Below, piece after piece: positions 28,336-38,361 of a DNA stretch of 64,000 bases. The notes beneath the pieces are model-generated. The model searched no databases. It saw only the letters and a list, made by a program, of their open reading frames with translations, and was not told the DNA's origin. Positions within the stretch are counted from its first letter, which is position 1. The number at the start of each line of letters is the position of its first letter. The stretch is from positions 544,001-608,000 of the forward strand of contig OZ245020.1 in NCBI GenBank assembly GCA_965223865.1. Reading direction: 5' to 3'. The translations under genes and the position numbers were made by a program. The DNA comes from Nitrosarchaeum sp. (GTDB taxonomy: Archaea > Thermoproteota > Nitrososphaeria > Nitrososphaerales > Nitrosopumilaceae).

Positions 28336-29053
28336 AGAACTAGGTTCTGTATTTTCATTTTTAACAATTATACCAACAGGTAATGCAAATCTTGAAACAA
28401 TTGCAAAATACATGTATTTTTTTCCTCTTGTTGGAATTGTAATGGGGCTGATTATTGGTTCTATTGGGTTTGGCTTATCATTATTTCTAGATCCTCTGAT
28501 AGTAAGTTTGTTAGTTGTTGCATCCATCACGATTGTTACTGGAATTCATCATACTGATGGATTGGCAGATTTTGCTGATGGCTTGATGGTTAAAGGAACC
28601 AAAGAAAAAAAACTTGTGGCAATGAAGGACCTTTCAACCGGTTCTGCTGGAATTACCGCAATAGTATTGTATATTGTAGGTCTAATCATTGCTCTTTCAT
28701 TTTCTTCTGGATATCAGTTATTTGTAGCAATTTTACTAAGTGAAATTTTAGCAAAATTTTCCATGGTATTGATGGCCAGTATTGGAAGATCTGCTTCTAT
28801 GGGATCAAATTCTCCATTTGTTGAGTTGATGAAAAATCGAAAAAAACTTGTAACAGCATCTGTTATTACTTTAATTCCTCTAGTTCTGCTTGGTGGAACT
28901 TCAGGTTTAGTAATATTTGGTTTTGGAATTGCCTTGACAATTTTCATAGTAGGATTATCCACACGTAGCTTTGGTGGAATAACAGGTGATGTTTTAGGTG
29001 CAACAAATGAACTTACCAGATTAGCATCTATTCTAATTTTTGTATCGATATGA
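28328..29053 (+). CDS. cobS: Adenosylcobinamide-GDP ribazoletransferase
   Basis: FLTIIP, TGIHHTDGLADFADG, MKD, GGITGDVLGA motifs. Confidence 0.95.
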   Translation: MLKELGSVFSFLTIIPTGNANLETIAKYMYFFPLVGIVMGLIIGSIGFGLSLFLDPLIVSLLVVASITIVTGIHHTDGLADFADGLMVKGTKEKKLVAMKDLSTGSAGITAIVLYIVGLIIALSFSSGYQLFVAILLSEILAKFSMVLMASIGRSASMGSNSPFVELMKNRKKLVTASVITLIPLVLLGGTSGLVIFGFGIALTIFIVGLSTRSFGGITGDVLGATNELTRLASILIFVSI

Positions 29054-29634
29054 TTGGGATTGTTATGGCAGGTGGCAAAGGAAGTAGAATGTCTTTGCCT
29101 AAAGAAAAATTATTGCTTGAATACAAAAAACCAATCATCCTACATGTAATAGATGCACTAAAAGAATCAAAATGTTTTTCAAAAATTATCGCAATTACAA
29201 GTTCTAATTCACCTGAAACAAAAAAATTGCTTCAGCAAAATAAGATTGAATTGTTTGATTCATCAGGAGATGGTTATGTTCAAGATCTTAATCAGGTCCT
29301 AAAAAAAATAAATGATACAGTTCTAATAACTTCAGGTGACTTACCACTTTTAGATGGTGAAATAATTCAAAGACTTGTTAAAGAATACAATTCTGAAAAA
29401 ATTTGGACAAGTTTTCTTGTGACTAGGAAATTACTTAATTCATTAAAAATATCAGCAGATCATGAAGTTGATTATAAAGATCAACATTGTTGCTATACTG
29501 GTATTTCTTTAGTTAACGCAGAAAAAATATCCAATTTGGAAAAAATACCTGAAAATTTTGTTATTTTAGATGATAAGAGAATAGCCTTTAATCTAAACAC
29601 AAAAGAAGATTATGATTTACTCTGCACTACCTGA
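29050..29634 (+). CDS. cobY: Adenosylcobinamide-phosphate guanylyltransferase (CobY-like)
   Basis: MAGGKGSRM, GYVQDL, GDLPL, NLNTKED motifs; cob context. Confidence 0.88.
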   Translation: MIGIVMAGGKGSRMSLPKEKLLLEYKKPIILHVIDALKESKCFSKIIAITSSNSPETKKLLQQNKIELFDSSGDGYVQDLNQVLKKINDTVLITSGDLPLLDGEIIQRLVKEYNSEKIWTSFLVTRKLLNSLKISADHEVDYKDQHCCYTGISLVNAEKISNLEKIPENFVILDDKRIAFNLNTKEDYDLLCTT

Positions 29635-29814
29635 GATCTTGCCATTGATCTTTGCCTTTGAACCTGTAGGCTCAGCAATATTATTTCCACAGGAATTACA
29701 AGCTACTCTTTGTGAAGCATGAGAATATACAATCTGAAGCTCACCGCATTCATTGCAGTTAACTTTTTGGAATTTACTTGAGGGTTTTGGAATTTCAATA
29801 TGATCCTTTTTCAT
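29617..29814 (-). CDS. rps27e: 30S ribosomal protein S27e
   Basis: PSSKFQKVNCNECG...CNSCG...PTGSKA. Confidence 0.95.
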   Translation of the reverse strand: MKKDHIEIPKPSSKFQKVNCNECGELQIVYSHASQRVACNSCGNNIAEPTGSKAKINGKISGSAE

Positions 29815-30092
29815 GCTGCCATCAACTCAAATTTCTTAATTCTAATCCCTAGTTTATTGTATTTCTTCTTACATACAGTACAAGTCATAATAGGAGTAAC
29901 TTTCTTTGTAACTTTTGCAGGCTTGGCTAGCTTTGGGAATTTTTGTCCACCATACCCTTGTTTTCGTTCTGCATGTCTACGCTCACCTCTTGCAGAACCA
30001 CGTCTTTTTCCAGCCTTGTAAATTGAAACTTTTTGTTCAGTATGTGTCTTGCATTTTGCGCAATACTTTCTGATCGTCTTGGGTATGTTCAC
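29811..30092 (-). CDS. rpl44e: 50S ribosomal protein L44e
   Basis: PKTIRKYCAKCKTHT...GYGGQ...KVTKK...CTVC. Confidence 0.96.
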   Translation of the reverse strand: MNIPKTIRKYCAKCKTHTEQKVSIYKAGKRRGSARGERRHAERKQGYGGQKFPKLAKPAKVTKKVTPIMTCTVCKKKYNKLGIRIKKFELMAA

Positions 30093-30162
30093 AACAAAAA
30101 AACCGCTTCAACGGTAATTTAAGCATTGAATCTATAATAGGCTCAAAAGATAACTATAATTC

Positions 30163-31926
30163 GTGAATTCAACCCTTGCAGATTCTATTTCCTTATTAAA
30201 TTCAGTCGCAATTGGAGATAAGAAAGCCGATATAATTTTGCAAAATTGTTCTTTAATGTCAGTGTATACTAGAGAAATAATTCCTAAAACTCAGATTGCA
30301 ATAATAAAGGATAGAATTGCATATGTTGGCCCAGATGCAAGCCATACAATTGGACCAAAAACAATCATTATTGATGTAAAAGGAAAATTTGTTGCGCCAG
30401 GATTTGCAGATCCTCATGTGCATATAGATCAATTTGTATTACCATCAGAACTAGCAAAAAAATCTCTTTTATGTGGGGTCACAACTCTTTTTTCTGATCC
30501 AATTGACGTTGTTAGCGTAACTGGATACAAGGGATTTCAGGAATTTTTAAAACTTGGCGAAGATCTACCAATTAGAATTTTTCAAGTGGTTCCAGGTGGT
30601 CTTCCTGTAGATGGAAAATTTAGCAACAGCAAAAAGTTGTCGTTATCCCAAGAAAAAACTGCCATAAAACATCCACATGTTCTAGGATTAGGAGAAGTTT
30701 TTTCATGGACTAAGGTTACTCTTCGTGATCCAAAGACCATGAAATCATTGTCTTCTATGTTGGAAGCAGATTGCATAATCAATGGACATACAGCAGGTGC
30801 AAGTGAAAAAAAATTAAATGCATATGTCTCTTCTGGAATTTTATCTTGTCATGAACCAATCAATTTTGATCAAGTACTAGAAAGATTACGTTTAGGAATG
30901 TGGATAATGATCAGAGAGGGTTCTATTAGACGTGACTTGGGAGAAATTATTCCACGAGTTATGTCACATGGAACTTATCGTAGTCAACTGATGTTTTGTT
31001 CTGACGGACTTGATCCTCTGGATATAACAAAATATGGCCACATAGATCATTGCATAAGAGAATCAATTACTCTCGGATTAGAACCCATAGATGCAATTAC
31101 AATGGCTTCCAAAAACTGCTTTGATTATTATAACATGGGAAAAAATTTAGGAGGTATTGCTCCAGGCAAGTTAGCTGATATTCTTATTTTTGATGACTTA
31201 AAATCGATTAAACCTTCCAAAGTATTCGTAGGCGGAAAATTAGTTGTTTCAAACGGCCGAATTGTTACTACGATTAAGAAAAAATCAATTTCTCCATGGA
31301 TAAAAAATACTGTTAAACTAAAAAAATTCGCTCCAAGTGACTTTATTATTAAATCAAAAATGGACAAAGTTGATGTAAATACCATCTATATGCAAACTGA
31401 AATCATAACAAAATTGGGAGATGCAAACCTAAACGTTGAGAAAGGAGACGTTTTGACTTCTCGTGAAAAAGATGTTTGGAAGGTTGCAGCCTTTGATCGA
31501 ATTTATGGTACAAAAAAACACTCAATTGGATTTCTTGAAAACTTTGGAGCAGACATTGGCGCCTTTGCCTCAACTTGGAGCTTTCATGAAAATGATTTGA
31601 TCATAATTGGTTCAGATAATTCAGATATGGCATATGCTGCAAATACTCTCATAAAAAATCAAGGTGGATTAGTAGTTGTTAAATCTGGTAAGGTTCAAGC
31701 ATCTCTTCCTTTACAATTTGCAGGAATCATATCAACTGATTCATTTGAAAAAGTGTCTTCTAATTTTAAGAAAATTAATGACTCTATAGTTGATTCTGGT
31801 TGCAAATTCGAGAGACCTCATCTTATTCCATTATTCTTGCCATTTTTAGCTCTACCTTCTGTAAGAATTCTCTCGAATGGAATCGTTGATGTGAAAAATA
31901 GATCCTATGTCAATCCGATCAAGTAA
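30163..31926 (+). CDS. ade: Adenine deaminase family amidohydrolase
   Basis: PGFADPHVH, GHT, CHE, IREGS, GGIAPGKLAD, LPLQFAGIIS motifs. Confidence 0.88.
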   Translation: MNSTLADSISLLNSVAIGDKKADIILQNCSLMSVYTREIIPKTQIAIIKDRIAYVGPDASHTIGPKTIIIDVKGKFVAPGFADPHVHIDQFVLPSELAKKSLLCGVTTLFSDPIDVVSVTGYKGFQEFLKLGEDLPIRIFQVVPGGLPVDGKFSNSKKLSLSQEKTAIKHPHVLGLGEVFSWTKVTLRDPKTMKSLSSMLEADCIINGHTAGASEKKLNAYVSSGILSCHEPINFDQVLERLRLGMWIMIREGSIRRDLGEIIPRVMSHGTYRSQLMFCSDGLDPLDITKYGHIDHCIRESITLGLEPIDAITMASKNCFDYYNMGKNLGGIAPGKLADILIFDDLKSIKPSKVFVGGKLVVSNGRIVTTIKKKSISPWIKNTVKLKKFAPSDFIIKSKMDKVDVNTIYMQTEIITKLGDANLNVEKGDVLTSREKDVWKVAAFDRIYGTKKHSIGFLENFGADIGAFASTWSFHENDLIIIGSDNSDMAYAANTLIKNQGGLVVVKSGKVQASLPLQFAGIISTDSFEKVSSNFKKINDSIVDSGCKFERPHLIPLFLPFLALPSVRILSNGIVDVKNRSYVNPIK

Positions 31927-31970
31927 GTAATGTTAAAAAGGGGGATTTAGGGGATTGATGCTGAATCTAA

Positions 31971-33593
31971 ATGGCATCAATCCAACAAGGACCAAATGGA
32001 CCTGTTTTAGTACTAAAGGAAAGTGCTTTACAACAAAAAGGCAAAGACGCCCAACAAAATAACATAGCTGCTGCAAAACTAGTCGCAGAGTTAGTTCGAA
32101 GTAGCCTAGGACCAAGAGGCTTAGATAAAATGTTAGTTGATTCATTAGGAGATGTTACAATTACAAATGATGGCGCCACCATCTTAAAAGAAATTGATGC
32201 CCAACACCCAGCTGCAAAAATGATGGTAGAAATTTCAAAAACAGTTGATAATGAAGTAGGTGATGGCACAACTTCTTCAGTGGTCTTTGGAGGAGCTCTT
32301 TTGGCTAAAGCTGAAGAATTATTAAAAAAAGATGTTCATTCCTCTGTTACAGTTGAAGGATATCAAGCAGCCGCAGAAAAAACATTAGAAATCTATTCAG
32401 AAATGGCAAAAAAAATAAAACCTGATGATCGAGATTCACTCCTTAAAATAGCAGTCACCAGCATGCAATCAAAATTAATCTCTGAAGATAGTGATATTCT
32501 TTCCAAAGTTGTAGTTGATGCAATTCTTAAAGTGGCTACTAAAAAAGGCGAAACTTATTCCGTAGATCTTGAAAATATCAAAGTAGAAAAGAAATCTGGT
32601 GGCTCTATTCAGGATACTCAAATTATTAAAGGAATTGTTTTAGATAAAGAAATTGTTCATAGTGGAATGCCAACCAAAATAGAAAATTCAAAAATTGCAC
32701 TACTAAACTCTGCACTTGAAATTGAAAAAACTGAAATGAGTTCAGAAATTAGAATTACTGATCCTACTCAGATGCAGATGTTTTTGGAAGAAGAAAACAG
32801 AATGCTCAAAACGATGGTAGACAAACTTCATGATATTGGAACAAATGTTTTGATTTGTCAAAAAGGTATTGATGACATAGCTCAGCATTATCTAGCAAAA
32901 CATGGCATTATGGCAGTCCGTCGTATCAAAGAAAGTGATATGATTAAGCTTGGAAAAGCAACTGGCGGACGAGTCATCTCTAATTTAGATGATCTTTCAG
33001 AAAAAGACCTAGGTTCAGCAGATCTGGTCCACCAGAAGAAAGTTGAATCTGACAAATGGGTTTTCATTGAAGGTTGCAAACACCCACAATCTGTTACTCT
33101 TCTGATAAGAGGAGGTTCTCAAAGGGTGATTGATGAGGTAGATAGATCAATCCATGATGCCCTTATGGTAGTAAAAGATGTCATTGAAAAACCGGAAATA
33201 GTCGCAGGTGGTGGTGCACCAGAATCATATGCTGCATCGCAACTAAAAGATTGGGCTGATAGTTTTGATGGTAGAGAACAACTTGCAATTAAAAAATATG
33301 CAGAAGCATTAGAGACAATTCCTCTAACTATTGCTGAAAATGCAGGCATGGATCCAATAGACACTATGGCAAATCTTAGATCTAAACAAAACCAAGGTAG
33401 AAAATGGACAGGAATAGATGCCAGAAATACAAAGATTGCAGATATGTTATCCATTGATGTTGTAGAACCAATAGCAGTAAAAGAGCAAATAATCAAATCT
33501 GCAACAGAAGCAGCATGTATGATTCTTAGAATTGATGATGTAATTGCTGTATCAGGCGGTTCAGGTGGCGGTATGCCACCACCAATGGGATAA
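31971..33593 (+). CDS. Thermosome (group II chaperonin) subunit
   Basis: SLGPRGLDKM, TNDGATIL, GDGTT, ILRIDD motifs; GGM-like tail. Confidence 0.97.
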   Translation: MASIQQGPNGPVLVLKESALQQKGKDAQQNNIAAAKLVAELVRSSLGPRGLDKMLVDSLGDVTITNDGATILKEIDAQHPAAKMMVEISKTVDNEVGDGTTSSVVFGGALLAKAEELLKKDVHSSVTVEGYQAAAEKTLEIYSEMAKKIKPDDRDSLLKIAVTSMQSKLISEDSDILSKVVVDAILKVATKKGETYSVDLENIKVEKKSGGSIQDTQIIKGIVLDKEIVHSGMPTKIENSKIALLNSALEIEKTEMSSEIRITDPTQMQMFLEEENRMLKTMVDKLHDIGTNVLICQKGIDDIAQHYLAKHGIMAVRRIKESDMIKLGKATGGRVISNLDDLSEKDLGSADLVHQKKVESDKWVFIEGCKHPQSVTLLIRGGSQRVIDEVDRSIHDALMVVKDVIEKPEIVAGGGAPESYAASQLKDWADSFDGREQLAIKKYAEALETIPLTIAENAGMDPIDTMANLRSKQNQGRKWTGIDARNTKIADMLSIDVVEPIAVKEQIIKSATEAACMILRIDDVIAVSGGSGGGMPPPMG

Positions 33594-33626
33594 ATTTCTT
33601 AAGACACAATTCATTTTTCATTATTA

Positions 33627-34493
33627 TTGTATAAAATTGGAATAGATCTTGGCGGAACTAAAATAGAAGGAATTCTTTTAGATGAAAACCTCAGTACAAT
33701 ACAAAGAAAAAGAGTCCCTACACCAAAAAATGACTATCAAAAAATATTACAATCAATAAAATCCCTTGTAGATGAATTATCCCAAGATACTGATAACTTT
33801 ACCTTAGGCGTTTGCATGCCAGGAGCAATTTCAAAAAAAAGTGGATTAATTAAAAATAGCAATACTCAATCTTTAATTGGAACATCTCTAAATCAAGACC
33901 TAGAACAATTACTGAAAAAAAAAATTCCTATAGAAAATGATGCTAACTGTTTTGCAAAAGCTGAATCTACTATGGGTGCGGCAAAAGGATTTGGAATTGT
34001 TTTTGGAGTAATAATGGGAACGGGTGTAGGAGGAGGAATTGTAATTAATGGAAAGATCCATCAAGGCAGAACAAACATAGCGGGAGAATGGGGTCATCAC
34101 ACTTTACATCAAAACGGCAATGTTTGTTATTGTGGCAAAAATGGGTGTGTTGAGACCTATATCAGCGGCCCGGCATTAGAAAAACAATGGTTAGAACTAA
34201 CAGGAATATCTCAAACTGTACCTGAAATTTTACAATTTCCTGAGCATCCAAAATACCAGCAATGGAAGAATGAATTTCTTGAAAATTTTGGCTTTGGATT
34301 AGCTAATGTAATTGATATTTTAGATCCTGATGTAATAGTTCTTGGTGGTGGATTATCAAATGTTGATTTTCTTTACTTTGAGGGAAAAGATTCAGTATAT
34401 GACAAAGTTTTTTCTGATCTTGTAGAAACACCAATTCTGAAAAATAGTCTTGGTGATTCAGCAGGAGTATTTGGTGCTGCAGTATTAGAATAA
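33627..34493 (+). CDS. ROK family sugar kinase
   Basis: GIDLGGTK, ENDANC, GTGVGGG, AGEWGH, CYCGKNGCVE motifs. Confidence 0.93.
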   Translation: MYKIGIDLGGTKIEGILLDENLSTIQRKRVPTPKNDYQKILQSIKSLVDELSQDTDNFTLGVCMPGAISKKSGLIKNSNTQSLIGTSLNQDLEQLLKKKIPIENDANCFAKAESTMGAAKGFGIVFGVIMGTGVGGGIVINGKIHQGRTNIAGEWGHHTLHQNGNVCYCGKNGCVETYISGPALEKQWLELTGISQTVPEILQFPEHPKYQQWKNEFLENFGFGLANVIDILDPDVIVLGGGLSNVDFLYFEGKDSVYDKVFSDLVETPILKNSLGDSAGVFGAAVLE

Positions 34494-34553
34494 TTATTCA
34501 GGACAACCTTCATCTTTTGCCTTAACATAGGTATCAAAAACATGAAACTTCAT
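34494..34553 (-). pseudogene. 19-codon remnant resembling the fused N- and C-termini of a DUF2024-family protein
   Basis: Reads MKFHVFDTYVKAKD-EGCPE*; both halves match my recollection of DUF2024 termini. Confidence 0.55.
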
Positions 34554-34585
34554 GAAGGACAAAAATTTTTTCAATATTTATTAGA

Positions 34586-35052
34586 TTACTTTTGAAACAA
34601 CAGTGTAGAATCTACATCCGAACCAATACACATATCTGTGTATTCTTCAGGATCAAGAGAATAACATACTCTTGGTTCAAATTGAATTAGACAAGATTCT
34701 CTCTGACTGATTTTTTTACTTTGTCTGATGGATTTTTTTCCAACGTATTTTTAATGATTAAATTTTTAATTTCTGATTTTGTTGGTTCATCAGTAATAAA
34801 CATGATAATTCCCCTAAATTGAAATCCTTTCAATTCTTCTTTGTTAAAAATTGAAACAGTCGCCCAGGGATTGACTTGCATATTTTTAAAAGATTTATGT
34901 TTGAAAAAATCAAGCCAATAAATTGTATTTTCTTCTACTTTGAAGAAAATTCGAGGTGATACATTTGGAAGATTATTTCCTCCTATAGTTCCAACAACAA
35001 AAATTCCTTGAGCGTCTATGAATTTCTTTATATCTTCAGGAATTTTTACCAT
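34586..35052 (-). pseudogene. Pyridoxamine 5'-phosphate oxidase-like FMN-binding protein, frameshifted
   Basis: PNVSPR, KSFKNMQVNP, GFQFRG motifs; a -1 shift at the A7 run (34711-34717) restores ISQRESCLIQFEPRVCYSLDPEEY...FQK*. Confidence 0.75.
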
Positions 35053-35088
35053 GATTACAATGTATCATTTTTGTATTAAAGGAGTTTT

Positions 35089-35442
35089 TCAAACCCCAAA
35101 TTTGAGAATAATTTCTAATATTTTTTCAGTCAGTTCAATAATATTTGAGCCTAATTCTGTACTGACTATAATTAGTCCTGCTCCTCCAATGGGTATGGTA
35201 ACACAATAAATTTCCTCATATTTTGCCAAAGTAAAAATTGGTTCTCTGATTTCTCCTTAAGTTTTTTTTCTAGTAAACCATCTATATACAGTCTAAGATA
35301 AAACTGTCTCAGTTTCTTCTTTTGTGAGATAGTTCTTCAATCCTTTTCTTGTTTTGTTATACAATTCTCCATAGTCATACACTCCATAACGAATTGCTTT
35401 ATCAACATCTAGAATTTCATCACAAATTTTTTCATAATCCCC
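35089..35442 (-). pseudogene. Decayed roadblock/profilin-like (DUF6659-type) gene
   Basis: Reads DYEKICDEILDVDKAIRY...LS*TVYRWFTRKKT*GEIREPIFTLAKYEEI...VSTE; two in-frame stops and no start codon; similar to 61019-61417. Confidence 0.75.
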
Positions 35443-35450
35443 TTCTCTTA

Positions 35451-36974
35451 CTACTGTGGTTCAATTGTTGCAGGTGGTTTGCTAGAAATTGCATATGTAA
35501 CCCAAGTAACATCCTCAATCTCATTTGTTATTCTATTACTCATTTTTTCTAATAATTCATGGGATAATCTTGTCCAATCAGCAGTCATTGCATCAATTGA
35601 ATCAACTACTCTAATCATTACAATGTTACCGTATTTCCTTTCATCTCCTACTACTCCAACTGCTTTATCATCTCCAACCGAAGCATAGGCCTGCCATATT
35701 TTCCCATAAAGATCAGCCTCTAAAAGTTCCTCTTCTACAATCTTACTTGCTACTTTTGTAATTTGGAGCTTTGTTGGGGTTACATCCCCGATTATTCTTA
35801 CTGCTAATCCCGGTCCTGGAAAGGGATGTCTCATGAAAAGTTTTTCAGGAACATCCAACAGATTTGCAATCTTTCTTACTTCATCTTTGTATAAGTCCCT
35901 TAATGGTTCTAGGATTTTTAAATTGAGCCAATCAGGAAGACCACCAACATTATGATGTGACTTTATTACTGCAGCAGGACCTTTCGAAATTCCACTTTCA
36001 ATGACATCTGGATATAACGTTCCTTGAGCAAGCCATTTGAAAGGTCCTTTTTTTTCTGCAAACTCTGAGAATACACGAATGAATTCTTCTCCTACAATCA
36101 TTCTCTTTTTTTCAGGATCTGTTATTCCCTTTAGTTTTTCCAGAAATACTTGGGATGCATTGATTGCCGTAAAATTTACCTTGAAATTATTCTTAAACAT
36201 ATCTTCAATCTCAACTTCTTCATTTAATCTCAAAAGACCATTGTTTACAAAAACACATTTGAGCCTTTCTCCAATTGCCTTATGAATTAGCAAAGCTGCC
36301 ACTGTAGAATCTATTCCTCCACTAACACCACATAATACATTACCATCAATCTTTGAAATTTCTTTAACAGCTGATTCAATAAATCCTTCCATTGTCCAAT
36401 CTTGTTTGGTACCACAAACCTTCAACACAAAATTCTTCAAAATTTCTGTTCCTTGTTCGGTGTGAACTACTTCAGGATGAAATTGAATACCAAACACTGG
36501 TTTTTCTTCTGATGCAATTGCAGCTGCTTTTGCACTTTCAGTATGTCCAATCACTTTGAATCCTGAAGGGATCTGTTCTGCTTCATCTCCATGACTCATC
36601 CATGCTCTTACTGATTCACCAATCCCTCTAAGAAGATCTTTATCATTATCAATTGTTAGAAGAGATGATCCGTACTCTTTATTTGCTCTCTTAACTTTCC
36701 CTCCAAATTTGTTTACTATTAGTTGATGGCCATAACAAATTCCAAGTAACGGCAAATCCATCTCAAAAATTTTATTATCAGGAAGAGGAGCACCCTCACT
36801 ATAAACACTTGATGGTCCGCCTGAAAAAATAATTCCTTTAGGATTATGCTTTAGCAATTCCTCATAACTAATATCATAAGGAACAAGTTCAGCATAAACT
36901 GAAAACTCTCTAATTCTTCTGCAAATTAAGTGGCTGTACTGTGATCCAAAATCTAAAACTACAATCTTATCCAT
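35451..36974 (-). CDS. guaA: GMP synthase (glutamine-hydrolysing)
   Basis: VLDFGSQY, GICYG, QFHPEV, SGGIDS, KSHHNVGG, KPPATIE motifs. Confidence 0.97.
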   Translation of the reverse strand: MDKIVVLDFGSQYSHLICRRIREFSVYAELVPYDISYEELLKHNPKGIIFSGGPSSVYSEGAPLPDNKIFEMDLPLLGICYGHQLIVNKFGGKVKRANKEYGSSLLTIDNDKDLLRGIGESVRAWMSHGDEAEQIPSGFKVIGHTESAKAAAIASEEKPVFGIQFHPEVVHTEQGTEILKNFVLKVCGTKQDWTMEGFIESAVKEISKIDGNVLCGVSGGIDSTVAALLIHKAIGERLKCVFVNNGLLRLNEEVEIEDMFKNNFKVNFTAINASQVFLEKLKGITDPEKKRMIVGEEFIRVFSEFAEKKGPFKWLAQGTLYPDVIESGISKGPAAVIKSHHNVGGLPDWLNLKILEPLRDLYKDEVRKIANLLDVPEKLFMRHPFPGPGLAVRIIGDVTPTKLQITKVASKIVEEELLEADLYGKIWQAYASVGDDKAVGVVGDERKYGNIVMIRVVDSIDAMTADWTRLSHELLEKMSNRITNEIEDVTWVTYAISSKPPATIEPQ

Positions 36975-36978
36975 AAAA

Positions 36979-37554
36979 TCACTTTTTGATATTTTCAAGC
37001 ATACGTGCTAAGGACCAACCTGCAGTGTTAATAATCTCATTTACCCTTTCTTTTTGTCTATAGTTTCTGATTATTATTTCTCTAATGTCTGAACCAGTCT
37101 TTTTAATTATGTAATCGATAACTGATTCTTTTTGGATTTTTCCATTATTTGCGTCTATTGAATCCTTACGTTTCATTTCTCCAATAATTCTATCAATAAA
37201 GAACGATTTGAAGGGAGGTGTATCTACGTTGATCCCGACATTTTCATCAAGAATTATTGAAACCTGTTCGGGTGTGACATAAGCATTTGCAATAATTTCG
37301 TCATCAGCACCTCTTTTAATTGGAATTGAATTTTCTGTGAGTTTATTTTCAATTAAAGGTGGTCCTTTTTCAGAATTTGTTTTTTTTCTACTCAAAGTAG
37401 AAGCCTTTGTAAAACTAGATTCTTTAAGAACCAAATCTAAAATTATTAAATTCTTTTCAAGCAAATCTATTGCCTCTTGATGTTTATCAATCTGACCAAT
37501 CAGGTCATCTTTTAAGGCAACAATATCTTTGATTTGTTCCTCTGAGATTTTCAT
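36979..37554 (-). CDS. Hypothetical protein upstream of guaA
   Basis: 191-aa ORF with an N-terminal coiled coil. Confidence 0.75.
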   Translation of the reverse strand: MKISEEQIKDIVALKDDLIGQIDKHQEAIDLLEKNLIILDLVLKESSFTKASTLSRKKTNSEKGPPLIENKLTENSIPIKRGADDEIIANAYVTPEQVSIILDENVGINVDTPPFKSFFIDRIIGEMKRKDSIDANNGKIQKESVIDYIIKKTGSDIREIIIRNYRQKERVNEIINTAGWSLARMLENIKK

Positions 37555-37589
37555 ATTTTTTTGATGTTTGTATAGGTATTAAATCCATT

Positions 37590-38327
37590 CTAGGTAATTA
37601 TAGTATCAATTTCTTTAAAATCTATTTTTTTGAATCCTCTAATTGGATTAGATGTTGTAAATAATTCAGATTTTGATTTTTTTGCAAGCCATTCTAGAAG
37701 AAATTTACCCTTTTCAAGTTTTTTTAATTTTATTTTTCGTTCTGCTAACTTTGTGTTAGAAAACCTACCTATTTTATTTCCAAAATCCATTCCAAACAAA
37801 ATAATCTTCTCTGCATCAAAATAATTTGCAAGAAAAACTGCTCTGTCACCATCAGTAAACCCACCAAAATTTTGAATTTTTCCTAATGATTTTGTTTGTG
37901 TTGTTCCAATACAATTTTTAAAATTTTTAACAAAATGTAACTTCAATTTGTTGTCTCCATGTGCATGAACTACAAAAATAGTTTTGGTTTTTCCTATTTT
38001 TTTTAGTGCTTTTTCATTACCATCTAAATCCGTTACAACAATATCTGGCTTAATTCCATTTTTAATTAATGGTTCAAGGGCACTATCTGCAACAATCATT
38101 GTAGTTTTTTTAAATTTTTTTAAAAAAGGAATTGCCAAAGCTAAAGATGGCCCAGAACCAATCACAAAAACCGATTTTAAATTAATCATTTCTTTAATTT
38201 TTTGTTCTATATTAGATTCTTTTAACATTGAATCCAAAATCAATGCTGATTCCAAATCTTGTTTTTTATCGTAATTGAACTCTTTTAAAATCTCCAAATA
38301 TCTTAAATTCCAACCTGAAATCATCAT
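37590..38327 (-). CDS. mptE: 6-hydroxymethyl-7,8-dihydropterin pyrophosphokinase (MptE-like)
   Basis: VIGSGPSL, VADSA, VVTDLDG, VHAHGDN, NFGGFTDGDRA, GMDFG motifs; start refined to ATG 38327. Confidence 0.9.
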   Translation of the reverse strand: MMISGWNLRYLEILKEFNYDKKQDLESALILDSMLKESNIEQKIKEMINLKSVFVIGSGPSLALAIPFLKKFKKTTMIVADSALEPLIKNGIKPDIVVTDLDGNEKALKKIGKTKTIFVVHAHGDNKLKLHFVKNFKNCIGTTQTKSLGKIQNFGGFTDGDRAVFLANYFDAEKIILFGMDFGNKIGRFSNTKLAERKIKLKKLEKGKFLLEWLAKKSKSELFTTSNPIRGFKKIDFKEIDTIIT

Positions 38328-38361
38328 ATAACTCAAATTGGTATGGTTTTTGATAAATCCT

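Noticed and set aside
29617-29634. Convergent 18-bp overlap of cobY and rps27e
   Set aside because: Short 3' overlaps are ordinary in compact archaeal genomes.
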